Source: Octopus sinensis (taxonomy: Eukaryota). Taken from it: a stretch of DNA of 64,000 bases. Under the pieces are notes generated by a model. The model was given only the letters and a program-made list of their open reading frames with translations. It made no database searches and had not been told where the DNA came from. This document shows positions 1 through 13,585 of this stretch, one piece after another (the stretch's first letter is position 1; each line of letters starts with the position of its first letter). The position numbers and the translations under genes are program-made. The stretch spans positions 10,912,001 through 10,976,000 of the forward strand of contig NC_043005.1 of the NCBI RefSeq assembly GCF_006345805.1. Reading direction: 5' to 3'.

Positions 1-92
1 CTCGGCGGAATTTGAACTCAGAACGTAACAGCAGACGAAATACGGTTACGCATTTCGCCCGGCGTGCATACGTTTCTGCCAGCTCGCCGCCT
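1..92 (-). mobile_element. tRNA-derived SINE family A, 5' part (cut by window edge)
   Basis: Reverse complement of ggcgagctggcagaaacg...gttctgagttcaaattccgccgag, with Pol III A/B-box-like motifs. Confidence 0.85.
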
Positions 93-2059
93 TATTTTTC
101 TATTGCCTTCTACAATTAGACTGCAGCCATGCTGAATCAGCATCAGTTTTAATTGATCTACTATTCCCAGTATTCATTTCATTCAGACCGCATTTTATTT
201 TATTGGTGTCTATATCAAACTGCTAAGCTGCAACACCAATTTCATTTTGACTTGTGGCAGCCGTGGTACAGCCACACATGTCTATGACTGGTTTCTCTAC
301 AGTTTCTGCTAAGCAAATTTCACTTACAGGATACTGCTTAAGTTCAGGCTATAGTAAGACACTTGCCTAAGATACTGTGCTGTGAGATTGAATCCATAAC
401 CATGTAATTATGAAACTATCTTCTTAGCTATGCAAGCCATGACTGTGTCTGTGCCCTGACCTTTTGTCTTTAACAGAAGAATTGGACAATCAGTGTTACA
501 ACACTTTTGTTCATAGGACTCCGTAAGCGGAGATAATTTAGGGTTAAACTTTAGTTGATTTATGCATAGGTAGTAAATCATTTCATGTAGACATTTGCAC
601 AATCATGTTCACACCTGGGGAGAGGACTAGAAATTATAGGATGTTGAGAGGGCCTGTATGTGGTTATTTGACTTACTAGAAATAGCAGTCTAGGACTCAT
701 TACATAGCTTATATGTAATCCATTACTTAACAGCACTATTTTCACTACGTGCTCCTCATGTGCCTTTAAGAGAGTTCAGTCTATTACCAACATCCATACA
801 AAATCCCTATAGAGGCTTTGCTCTCCACTCCTGCTTCTTTTACTTAACATGCATATATTCTGGCTGGGCACCAACCTCTATGTTTCTCCCTTATTTAGAA
901 GAGCCTAAGTTATGACTGCTTTCTTTGCTCCTCCTCCTCTCAAATCCCACCTTTTCATAAATGTATTTCTAATGAAACAAATTTTTTTCTCTTTTAATGG
1001 TTTCAACCATTGGACTTCTATCATACTGGGGCACTACTTTCAAGAATTTCAGTTGATTATGTCAGCCCTAGTGCTAATTTCACTATTATTTTATTTCATA
1101 AATCTCTGTTTGTTGAATTGTGGGGAAAAATAAAAACATTCTTTTGACAGTTGTTTAAACATAAATTGAAATAGATACACACGCAAACACAACAAATATC
1201 TACTATTTCCATATATATCATATTCCACTCACAAGATATTGGACAATTCCCAGGCTGCAGTGGAAGATACTTGCTGAAGTGTCTCTCAGGGGGATCAAAG
1301 ATTCAGTAAAATAACTAACTTTTAATATTAAGATAGTGTAAGGCAGTGAGGTGGCAGAATTGTTAGCACACCTGGGAAAATGCTTGGCAGCATTTTGTCC
1401 ATCTTTATATTCTGAGTTCAGATTCTGCCATGGTCAGCTTGCCTCATTCCCTGAAATTGCTGGTCTTATGCCAAAATTTGTAACGAATATGAAGACTGTG
1501 TTACAATATTGACTACCACCAGACCAAATCAGTAAAAAAAATACAGTGAAGACTTCTCTGAGTATGTGTGTACATGTGTATGCAAGAGAATGATTATAAC
1601 AATAACTTGGTTGCTAATGTAACACAGTGTGTGCTTGTGTTGGAAAATATAACCATATGAATTCTTAAAATTTTCTGAGAAATGGAGCTATCTCCAGTCT
1701 GTGATCAAACACACTGATGTTGAATAAACTGACAGTAAACCATTGAGTTTATATCATTAAATAATTGTTCTGTTGTTATGGGAGAGTTTATATCTATTCG
1801 TATTCTTTGATAAGATATTGAAAATAACGGCTATAAATGATATTACACTGTAACTGATTCTGATGGATATTTAATAAGCTCTATTAAAAATATCTATATG
1901 TTAGTATGTCAATTTTTTCAACTTTAAATTTTGTGTAAAACTGTATAATTGAGTATAAAGGAGACATTAGTTTATGCTTGAGTTTTAACAGTCATTCAGT
2001 TTGTTTGCATACCAGTGTATATAGGTGTGTTTATATGAATGTATATATGTATACATTCA

Positions 2060-2295
2060 AGGTGATGAGCTGGTAGAAACATTAGCACGCTGGGCGAAAT
2101 GTTTAGCGGTATTTCGTCTGTCGTTACGTTGTGGGTTCAAATTCCACCGAGGTCGACTTTGCCTTTCATCCTTTCGGGGTCGATTAATTAAGTACCAGTT
2201 ACGCACTGGGGTCGATGTAATCGACTTAATACCTATGTCTGTCCTTGTTTGTCCCCTCTATGTTTAGCCCCTTGTGGGTAATAAAGAAATAGGTA
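2060..2295 (+). mobile_element. SINE family A (Nin/Deu-like central domain), tail type 1
   Basis: tRNA-like head (gttcaaattcc), then gcctttcatcctttcggggtcgattaattaagtaccag, then the tail ...ccccttgtgggtaataaagaaatagg; many copies in window. Confidence 0.88.
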
Positions 2296-3379
2296 TAGAT
2301 AGAAATAGAAATACATATCTGTGCGTATGCATGGGTGTGTGACTGTGTATAGATAGATTGATTGGTTTAAACACACGCAGACCAGTGTGGTTATATTCAC
2401 ACTGAATGCTTTTCTTATTAGTACTAATAATTAGCATTTACTTTTTACAGTAGTTCTATAGCAGCTCTGTATAAAAGGAAAACAGTACAAATGCAAGAAT
2501 AATAATACTTTAATCAATAAAATACTCAATATGAATTTGCCATAATGCAATATCAGTTTCACAAGACTTTTGATTGCACATCAGGTTTCATACTAAACGT
2601 ATATACAATGAAGAATAAATTAATTTAATATTCTAATTAAAAAACAAAGTGAAGCCTTTATTAAGTTGCTAGACTTATGGGATAATTTTTCTCTAATTCC
2701 TGCATGTTTCCTTACCATGGTGTTGGTTTCTAGCTGCCTTTTAACTTTCATTTAATCAAAATTATATTGAAATGATGTATTGTTTTTCATGGGTGTAAAC
2801 AACAGTTATTTAAAGCGGGACATTTTACAATTATTTTAAATGCATGGAGGCTTTCTTTTTTCTTAACTTTATTTATTATTTTTCTTTTTTTTTTTTTTTT
2901 CAATTTTTATGTAAGTATGGTTAGCTGTCTAACATGTTTTCTGTTTATTTTTTTCCAAATTGTTATTTTTTTTCCAGTGTATTATATTTATCTAAGCATG
3001 ATATAAAAGATATCTGATATGCCTATCTTTTTAAATAAATACAGTCTGATAGTAGTTAAGATCCTTTGTGTTTTATCTTAGTTTTTGTAATGCTAAACAG
3101 TTCATGAATTCCTAGGAGTTAAGCATGTCATTTGTCCAATTTTTCTCATTGATGCATGTGCTACATTAGATCATGTATGCATACATATTTGACCATATAT
3201 GACGTATCCTACGTTTTATCTTTTGTCATTACTATTAACAGTGATAATCTAGGAAAAAGAAAGATATAGAGATAGACTATTCTCTCCACTAACTACACTT
3301 AGCACATGTAACATGTTAGTAATCCACTAAATATACTGTCAGACTAACAGCAAGGATCTTACCCATCTTTACACTCTAG

Positions 3380-3691
3380 TTCCTGGAGAACCACGGAAAA
3401 TACGAGCTGAACCCATCAATTCTACTGCTGTGTTTATTGAATGGAAACATCCTTCCTCCAAAAATAGAAATGGTATAATACGGGGTTATCAAATACAGTA
3501 TGTCGAAGTAGATGACCATGATCAACAATCAGGTGACCTCCGCATGACCGATACCACTGATGGCGATAAAACTGAGTATGTGATTACCAATTTAGAGCCG
3601 GATACTAGGTACCAGTTTACTGTTGCGGCATATACTCGAAAAGGAGATGGAATACGAAGCAGAGCAAAAATAGTGGAAACCAAAGGCGCAG
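3380..3691 (+). CDS. Lar: Lar exon: complete FN3 repeat (equivalent to vertebrate FN5), phase 1-1
   Basis: ctctag acceptor and G|gtaacc donor; (V)[21 protein letters not shown]...[20 protein letters not shown]. Confidence 0.95.
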
Positions 3692-6499
3692 GTAACCTTG
3701 ATTTTTTCCCCCCTTTTTTTCCTTTTTTTTTTTTGGTGTTTTTTTTTTTGGTAAATTTAATCTAAATCTTTTTTTTACTTCCACTTTTAGCTTTTTATAA
3801 GGCATTTAAATAAATCAAATCAATGACTGGTTTCTGTTGTGATGTAAAAGATCATCACATTCACAAAGGATTGAATTCAGTTGTGTACAGCCTTCCTTTC
3901 CTATTAGGAAAGCAATAATTAAAAAGTCAGCAGCTTTTAATCAAATCCTTCAAAACTGAACACAGTTGAACAGGAATCAGAGTTTCACAATTTGCTTGTT
4001 TCTGTGAGAACGGTAACCAAAATAGCCACACGTTCCCTCCACCACCCATACACATGCACTTTCTTCCCTAACTTCTTCATATCTGTCTTTCTCATTTCAT
4101 TCAATTCTATGTTGTATGCTTTGCTGAATGAATATATTATTATTTGCTTCTAGTCTTCTGATTGTAACTTTGGTGTGTGTTATTTTTCTGTACTCAGTTT
4201 AATTTGCATTGTCACATAAAATTTTTACTTTCTGTAGAAATCTTTGTGTAGGTTGTGTGTGTGTTATTTTTTATTATTATTATTATTTTTAGGAAGCATT
4301 TCTTATTTATGTTGAATTTTTCATTTTGTGATTTAAAGTTTGTATGTTTTTTTTTCCCTTAGCAGTTTTCCCAGCCTTAATATATGAATTGGAAATTTAA
4401 TACTGGCATTGTTTACTCAAAAACAATTGCTATAGCTTTTAGTGTTTAGATTATTCCAGTTCTTCTAAACACAATCTCTTATGCTAAGCATCTTTGTGAG
4501 TTTGTCTGTGAGATCAGTCTTCATGTACTCATATACTATGATTTTATTCCTAACTTCCCACGTTACAGAAATTTATTTTGAATCTTCTCAAATTGCATAT
4601 CAGTGAAATAGGGAATATTTGTTTAACAAAACAACCACTAGAAGAGTATTTTCAAATTTAAAGAAACAAAAAATCAGTATTGGATACTTTCATATAGAAG
4701 CTAGATAATTTTGCATGTCAACATTTGATAATAGTATTTATAATAAACATATAAAAACACAAAATCCTAGGAAATTGTTGGTTGTCTGCATCAGCAAAAA
4801 TTATTCAGTGAGGTTTATAGATATAAGTTTGAATGACATAAGAAGCAGCAGATATTAACAGTGTGAGGCTGACCCTTCATCTAAGAAAAAAAATTTTTTT
4901 TATTATATATACAGTGTATACCCATATACTACTTAACTCAGGTGCTATACCTCTTTGAGCTTTCAATACAAATTTTGAAATATTTCTGTCTTAAGCAATT
5001 TAGAAACCCATCTGCTTTATCATCAGTTTGTTCAGGAAAATGCATTTTATGTGTTTCCAAGGATATGCAGCAAATCACTAATATATCTCAATTTTTCCAA
5101 ACTTCTTATAAATTATTTTCTTCAAATCTAAAATTTTCTGAAATACATTAAATTAATTCATTTTAGTTATAGCAACAGATGGCTAGTGTTATAGCTACTC
5201 CATTATATCTTGTTTCATTATATCAAAATGATTAACTGGGATGTACATACCATTATTTACATTTACACACGCTTATGTGTGTGCATGCAGGTGCGCATGC
5301 ACATACACACACACACACACACACATCTCAAAACTAATTAGACTCCCCTCATTATATCATTCTATTTGTGCAGACACTACCTGGTGTTTTGGACTTATTA
5401 CTGCATTACTATTATTCATTTCAGATTACAGTATATATTAATTGTTTATAGCAATTAACCATGCTGTGAACATCTGAAGCAAATGAGTTTCTGGTTTTCA
5501 AAGGTTATATTATGGGTCAATCTGAGGCTGAGTTTAATCAGCGTTCAATAAAACAGAACCTTGCGATTCCTTTTGCCACAGTCAACAGAGTGATTAAGCA
5601 ATTCACCAGCAAAGGGAAAAAAAATCAACCATGTCCTCCTCAGGTGGGCTTGGACCCTCTGACAGGTATCTTTGAGCTGTCAGGTGAACTGTTGGAAAGA
5701 ATCCCCTTTGTAAGGCAGCTGATGTTACAGAGTAACTCCAAATGAGTCAAAGTACTTCTGTGAGGTATTTCCATCAACTTGGTTACTGTAGTAGAACAGC
5801 TAGAAGGAAACCTCTTCTCCAATCCTCAAATATCCAAAGAGAAAGAAGAAAGAATCTTTCAAAATGGTGCCTGTTCCTTTCTGAGAGATGTCTGTATGTG
5901 TATGTGTGTATTCTTCTCTATAATTCTGTTTTGTCACTGGAGGTCTGATAAAAGTCCATAAGAACTCAATATTCTTATAATTACCTGTTTCCACAAGTAC
6001 CAACCTGGAAGCTGTGTGATATTACAGTAATTGTCTTGTCTGCGACAAAAGTTCAAGGCTATAAGTTAAGAATAAATGACAGAAACATTAATTTGGTAAT
6101 TAAATTCATCAGTTTGCAGCTGTTGCCACTCAAAGAATAAGCAGCACTATGTAAAGAGCACGGCACTGTACTCCTTCAACTTCTTCAGAGCTGAAGTTAA
6201 TTTTTTTTTAGTACGGAAAGATCTTATTTATTTTAATGTATGTGTGTGTGTGGGTACATGTGCACTCACTCTTATACTTGAGCTAATATAAGTATATCTA
6301 TGTATGTAACCGAAACTCTGCTATACTTTTCCCTTACTAACTCACACTCTCCCTAAATATTTCATGTTGCCTTTTACATCATCTCTCTGAAGTAATGAAA
6401 CACAACTAACTCGTACCACACACCATCTCTTCAACTGACACACACACACACACACTCTCTCTCTCTCTCTCTCTCTCCCTCTTGAAATATATGTGTGTT

Positions 6500-6552
<53 letters not shown>

Positions 6553-9151
6553 GGAGGCGCAATGGCCTAGTGGTTAGGGCAGCGGACTTGCGGTCGTAGG
6601 ATCGCGGTTTCGATTCCCAGACCGGGCGTTGTGTGTGTTTATTGAGCGAAAACACCTAAAAGCTCCACGAGGCTCCGGCAGGAGGTGGTGATCCCTGTTG
6701 TACTCCTTCACCACTCTTTCTCTCACTCTTTCTTCAGTTGGCCTGCTCGCTTAGCCAGCGGGGTGGCGTCATTCGAAGGCTAAAACAATGCGAACGCATT
6801 GTGACAACATCTGATGGTCTGGTCGGTCACGTGATATATACATACATACATACTGAACTTTCAACTGCAAACATTTAATATGTAAATTATAATCATTAGT
6901 TTTATCTTATAATTATCAGTATAATATATTTTTCTTGAATATTATTAATATAAAATTGTAAACAAAAATAGCCACATACTGTGTGTTTTCAGGTTATTAC
7001 TAGTGATATTTTCTCTTTTTCCAAAGCTAAAGAGTTTGTCAAAACTTCATGGAAAGATATATTAATATAGTCACATTTCATTATATTTTGTTTGTCTTCC
7101 AGAATGATCCAATTAAGAATCTTCAGTAACACCTGACAGTAATTAACATGCTGATTAATTGCTTCATCTCTGTTACAACTTCCTAACTTACCAATTCAGA
7201 TTGTCTTATTTTTCTTTTCTCCTTTTTATCCTTACTATTTTCCTTTTTTTTCTCTCTTATCTTCTTTTTTTAAGTTTTTTTTTTTCACTCAACATTTTTC
7301 TTACAAATTGCTAATATAATGTTATTCATTTATCATTTTGTTCATCAATGTCCAGACCTTTGACTTTTAACCATTATTTTCCTTCGATTTTGCAGTATTT
7401 GTCTTTATTCTACTGATATTGATGTATGCCCATCTGTTAGTCTGTTATTTCCCGTCTACATCTATGTATTTGCTAATACATGGTAAATTCATCTTCACCC
7501 TCTCAACCTTTCTTTGTTTCCTCCACCTCTCTCCCCCATCTTTCTTTCCCTCCCACAACATACATGGATTGACATTTATATTCATTTGTTTGTTCGTGTA
7601 ACATCCATTTTTCCATGCTAGTTTGGGTTTAGATGGAGATTTGTTGGAGGCAGGATTTTGTGGCTGTAGACTCTTCCTCTTGCCTTCCTTTGGTTTTTTC
7701 TTTTATTGGGGAATATCTTTACTCCACAGGTCTTTGAAAATGCAGAGTGACTTATAATGTCAACAAGGAATGTGAACACCAGCAGCAACTGGTGTAGAAT
7801 ATATAGGCATTGATGCACACATATTTTTATACGATGGTCTCCTGTGCAGTTTCCATCTACCACAAGTGTTTGGTCAGCCGGACCCTAAACCACATGGTTG
7901 CAAAGGGAGTACCTTAACCACCCCTATAGCTGTGCTTGTGCCTAATGTATTGAACATTATACATTTCATCCTTTGAATAGTGCTCCAGTCATGACCATCA
8001 AACTTAGTCTTTTGACAGACTTAACAAAATGCTATAAGGTCCTGGGTCTAAATGCAATATCCTATTTTTACAGTCCCTGTGTCACATGATACCAGTATTA
8101 TAATTAGTGTTTATTTGAGATGTATTTCAAAACAACTGCTCTTCTTTTGTCTCTTTATCTGTTCCTTGTTGCATATTTTCACATAATCTCCTATTTTCAT
8201 GTTCAGTCTTACCTGCCAGTCTTACACATTCATCATTATCATTTAACATCTGTTTTCCATGCTGGCATGTATTTCCATGTGTATATGAGTGTGTGTATGA
8301 ATGTATATCTATATCATATATATATACAGGCGTAGGAGTGGCTGTGTGGTAAGTAGCTTGCTAACCAACCACATGGTTCCGGGTTCAGTCCCACTGCGTG
8401 GCATCTTGGGCAAGTGTCTTCTGCTATAGCCCCGGGCCGACCAATGCCTTGTGAGTGGATTTGGTAGACGGAAACTGAAAGAAGCCTGTCGTATATATGT
8501 ATATGTATGTATATATGTGTGTGTGTGTGTGTTTGTCCCCGTAGCATTGCTTGACAACCGATGCTGGTGTGTTTACGTCCCCGTCACTTAGCGGTTCGGC
8601 AAAAGAGACCGATAGAATAAGTACTGGGCTTACAAAGAATAAGTCCCGGGGTCGATTTGCTCGACTAAAAAGGCGGTGCTCCAGCATGGCTGCAGTCAAA
8701 TGACTGAAACAAGTAAAAGAGAAAAAAAAAAGGGAAAGAGAAATATATATATATATATATATATATATATCATCTTCATCATCATCATCGTTTAACGTCC
8801 GCTTTCCATGCTAGCATGGGTTGGACAGTTCAACTGGGGTCTGAGAAGCCAGAAGGCTGCATCAGGCCCAATCTGATCTGGCAGTGTTTCTATGGCTGGA
8901 TGCCCTTCCTAACGCCAACCACTCCGTGAGTGTAGTGGGTGCTTTTTACGTGCCACCAGCACGGAGGCCAGTCGGGGCGGTGTTGGCAAACGGCCACGTT
9001 TGGATGGCTATCTTACGTGCCACTGGCACTGGTATCACAACTACAATTTCCATTGATTTTGATCGATTTCGATTTCTCTTGCCTCAACAGGTCTTCGCAA
9101 GTAGAGTTTTGTGTCCCAAGAAGGAAAGGTATGCATAAGTGGACTGGCTGC

Positions 9152-9196
<45 letters not shown>

Positions 9197-9411
9197 TGGC
9201 ACAGGTGTGGTTGTGTATTAAGAAGCTTGCTTCCCAACCACACGTTTCCATGTTCAGTCCCACTGCATGCTATCTTGGGCAAGTGTCTTCTACTGTAGCC
9301 TCGGGCCAACCAAAGCCATGTGAGTGAATTATTTGGTAGACGGAAACTGAAAGAAGTATAAGCCATGATAGCACAGAGACATGGAAAACAGATGTCAAGG
9401 GATAATGATGA

Positions 9412-9447
<36 letters not shown>

Positions 9448-12400
9448 TTATCTTGCCATATAATTTGTTTCTCCACAGTGCCTACTCCGCCACGGAACTT
9501 AGAGATTGAACTCACTCAAGAAAATCCTCCCCAAGTTAAGGTGTCCTGGCAAAGGCCAAGGGAGGTATTTGGTACTTTACATGGTTTTAAAGTGACGTGG
9601 GGAAGAGTTGGTGAACGCTATGAGGAACATATTTTGCGTCCTGACACATACGTATTTCTGACGACTTTCCTAGGTAAGATAATTATTTCACACCTTTACC
9701 CCTTTTTTTTTTTTTGTAAACATCTTTATTCTCATCCTCATTGTTATAATCATCACCATTATGGTCATCATTATTAAAAGAATTTTAATTAATTTTGTAA
9801 TATTTGTTGATATTTTTGAATGTGTGCATATGTTTGTGTAAGTGAGTAATCTGAGTATGTGTATGTACATATGTATTTGGTTATTTGTAGTATGTGTTTA
9901 TGTAAATAATTTTGTATATCTGTGCAAGTGTGTACAAATTTTTATATACTGTCCAAAAGTTTACGATCACCTAAACTTATTTCGAACAATACCTAAAAAA
10001 TGGAAATAAGTGAGTGATTCTGGTGAAATATTTTATTACTGTGTAATTACATTCATTGGATGATATAATTAACTCAGCAACTAAACAAAACTGAAAAATC
10101 TGAGAAAATCTCTAAATCTTAAATTCGTCGAAATATTTACCCTTGACTTGATCATTGCATAGCATACTCTGAGCATTCTTTTGAGCAATGAAAGCAAATA
10201 TTCATTGGTAATATTTTGCCACTCCTCTTGTAAGAGTGTCCAGAATGTTTCTGCACTATTTGACTGTCATTTTTTGACCCTGGGGTCTTATTCATCCCAC
10301 ACAATTTCGATGGGATTGCAATTGGGGGATTGGGCTGGCCATTCCATTAGTCAACATATTTAATCCATTTTCAATTGTCAATAGTTTTTGCATAGCTTAG
10401 AAATATGTTTAGGATTGTTATTTTGCATCATCAGTACAAGATTATCACTGATCAACCTCATCCCAGATGGAATGGCATGATGTTGGAGGATACAGTCATA
10501 CCTGTTTTGGTTCAGTATTCCTGTTACCTGATGAATACCCCCAACTCTATTGCCTGCAAAACACCTCCAGATCATCACACTTCCCCCACCATGCTTTTCA
10601 ATTGGAACTGGACACTCAGGAGTCATCCAGTCACCAATTCTTCACCTTGCATAAACTGTATGCTGGGATCCAAAGATTTCAAACTTTCCTTCATCAGTCT
10701 AGAGGACTCATTTCCATTGATCAATGTTCCAAGTTTAGTGTTTTCAGGCCCATATGAGTTGCTTACATTTATTCACTGGTTGAAGCAATGTTTTTCTGGC
10801 AGTGAAATGGCCATTTAGACCAGCAGCAATGAACCTTCGCCTCACAGTTGTAGGAGACACATTAGCTTTGCTGGCTTCGCCTACTTCTGCAGTGATTTCA
10901 TTTGCTGTCAGGTGTCTTTTTTGAGTGACTCTGATGAACCTATCCTGTGATTTAGAAGTCACTTTCAGATGACCTGACTGAGCTCTGTCGTTATTTTTAT
11001 CCTGTTTTGTTCATCATCATTGTCGTTTTACATCCGCTTTCCATGCTGGCATGGGCTGGACAGTTTGACTGATAACTGGCAAGCCAGGAGGCTGCACCAG
11101 GCTCCAGTCTGATCTGGTAAGGTTTCTACAGCTGGATGCCCTTCCTAATGCCAACCACTCCAAGAGTGGTTGGCATGATATCTTACAGTGGCGGAGCAGA
11201 CGGCAGTGTGAGGAAACTTCAACTTTTTTGGCTGTATCTTGGAAACAATAGCCTTTACTACATAATGGGACAATGCTTTGTCTCTTTTCAGGTGATAAAT
11301 TACTGGTTTTGCCCATATTTAGGTTGATTTTTAGGAATTTCACAAATGTTACTTATTTTTAATCACACAGTCATTAATGATGTTATCTCAGCCAACAGCA
11401 CATAAGGAGTGTAATTAATCAAAATGTATTGCAATGTTGCTAAACAGTGGACACTAAAATGCTTTTGACAACATTCCCAAATAGGCTTGCTCTATCAAGA
11501 AATATGATTATTTGCATATAAAACGTGTGTAAGTAGTGTTATTCTATATCGAATAAACCCCCAAACTTTATACAATATGTTATTCCCTATTTTTATATCA
11601 AAAAATTTATCTAAATTGATGACATTGAACTAAAATTTCCACTTTGAAACAAATTTTTGTAGGTGATCTTAAACTTTTGAATAGTAGTGTTTGTATATAT
11701 TTTTATAATGTATTACATATCTCATTGGTTTTTTATTCTCATCTGTTTTACAGACAAGGGTGCCACCTATGAATTTCGTGTGGCTGCACGCAACCAGGTG
11801 GACTATGGCGAACGGGCTGTAGACACAATAAAAACTCCCGATGGAGGTAAGACTTCTGACATATATTTCCTTCTCATCTTGTCCTCTGTCTTCTTTGAAG
11901 TAGACATGGTTTGTATATAAAAATCATTTCAAAAGTCTGTTTACAGAGACTTTCAATTTGGAACTATAGTTAACTTCCAGAAATCTCTGACCTGGTAATG
12001 AAGTAAAGTCTATTTTCTCATCTTTCTTCTTGACTATTTGTGGGTCAGAATCATTAACCTGCTAGGCTTAGAATTGTTAGCATGGTGGGTGAAATGCTTA
12101 GCGGCATTTCATCTGTCTGCACGTTCTGAGTTCAAATTCCACCAAGGTCGACTTTGCTTTCCATCCTTTCAGGCTCAATTGATTAAGTACCAGTGAAACA
12201 CTGGGGTCAATGTAATTGACTAGTCCCCTCCTCCAAAATTTCAGGCCTTGTGGCTTTAGGAGAAAGGATTATTATTCTTCAAAAGGCTTAACAGCATTTC
12301 GCCTGTCTTTACAGTCTGAGTTCAAATTCCACAGTTGTCAACTTCAGCTTTCATCCTTTTGGTGGTTGATAAAATAAGTTCCAGTTGAGCCCTGGAGTCA

Positions 12401-12457
12401 ATGTAATTGACTAAACCCCTCTCCCTAACTTGAAGGCCTTGTGTCAAAATTTGAAAC

Positions 12458-12493
<36 letters not shown>

Positions 12494-13545
12494 GTGAACG
12501 ATCTTAATATATCTGTTCCTTTATTACAGCTCCTGCCGGCGCTCCTCAAAACTTTACTGTTATTCCAGTGAGTGAGACTACTGTCCTCTTAACTTGGGAC
12601 CAACCTGCTAAGAATTTACGTAACGGAGAAATTAAAATGTATCAAATCAACTTTCATAAACAATCTGACTCAATAAATGTGGAAGATTTAAATGTCACTG
12701 ACACCTCACTTGACATATCTGGTTTAGATATGAACACCGACTATGTCTTCCTAATCAGGGGCTACACCAGCAAAGGACCAGGACCATGGAGTAATAAACA
12801 AATTGCTCACACATTTGGACACAGTAAGTAGTTTTAAAAGATTTATTTTGTGAGTGAAATTCAGTAAACAAAATTTAAAGCAGATTATACTCATTATTAA
12901 GTAGACCAGCTTTTTCATAACAATACTGTATTGAACAGACTAAAGATTACATTAGTACTCAGCCACTCATACTATAACACAATGAACTGAGAGTTTCATT
13001 GATCAACTGATTGGAACAACCATTGTCAAAATTGAGATCATCATATGGTCTACTCTAAAAATCTAGGAAATTGTGTGTTTTCACTAATCAGCAGCAGCAG
13101 CAGTAGCATCAATCTTTTAAAATCTATATTGATGGTGGTATTGGTTGGAAATTAGATTAAAAAAAAAAAAAAGAGAGAGAGAAAAAAATGAACTTGCCAT
13201 GATTCAAACTTGTTATAATCTGATGTGTAGCCAGATACAATATCATCTATAGAATTACAAGTTCTATTGTGTCAGTCTGGACCAGATAAGTTTCACCTTT
13301 CAAACATCAAAGCCTGGTAATTTTATTGAATTCTCCTTGCCAGGAATTTTATTAGATTTTATTTTAGAATCACAATTAATGTAGGTGTAGGAGTGGCTGT
13401 GTGGTAAGTAGCTTTCTTACGAACCACATGGTTCCGGGTTCAGTCCGACTGCGTGGCACCTTGGGTAAGTGTCTTCTACTATAGCCTCGGACCGACCAAA
13501 GCCGTGTGAGTGGATTTGATAGATGGAAGCTGAAAGAAGCCTGTC

Positions 13546-13585
<40 letters not shown>

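Noticed and set aside
2881-2920. Strong donor-like gtaagt after a poly-T tract (possible microexon)
   Set aside because: No AG acceptor between the tract and the donor.
6553-6630. tRNA-like sequence
   Set aside because: The cloverleaf is imperfect and runs directly into a SINE body repeated at 29428-29737, so it is a SINE head rather than a tRNA gene.
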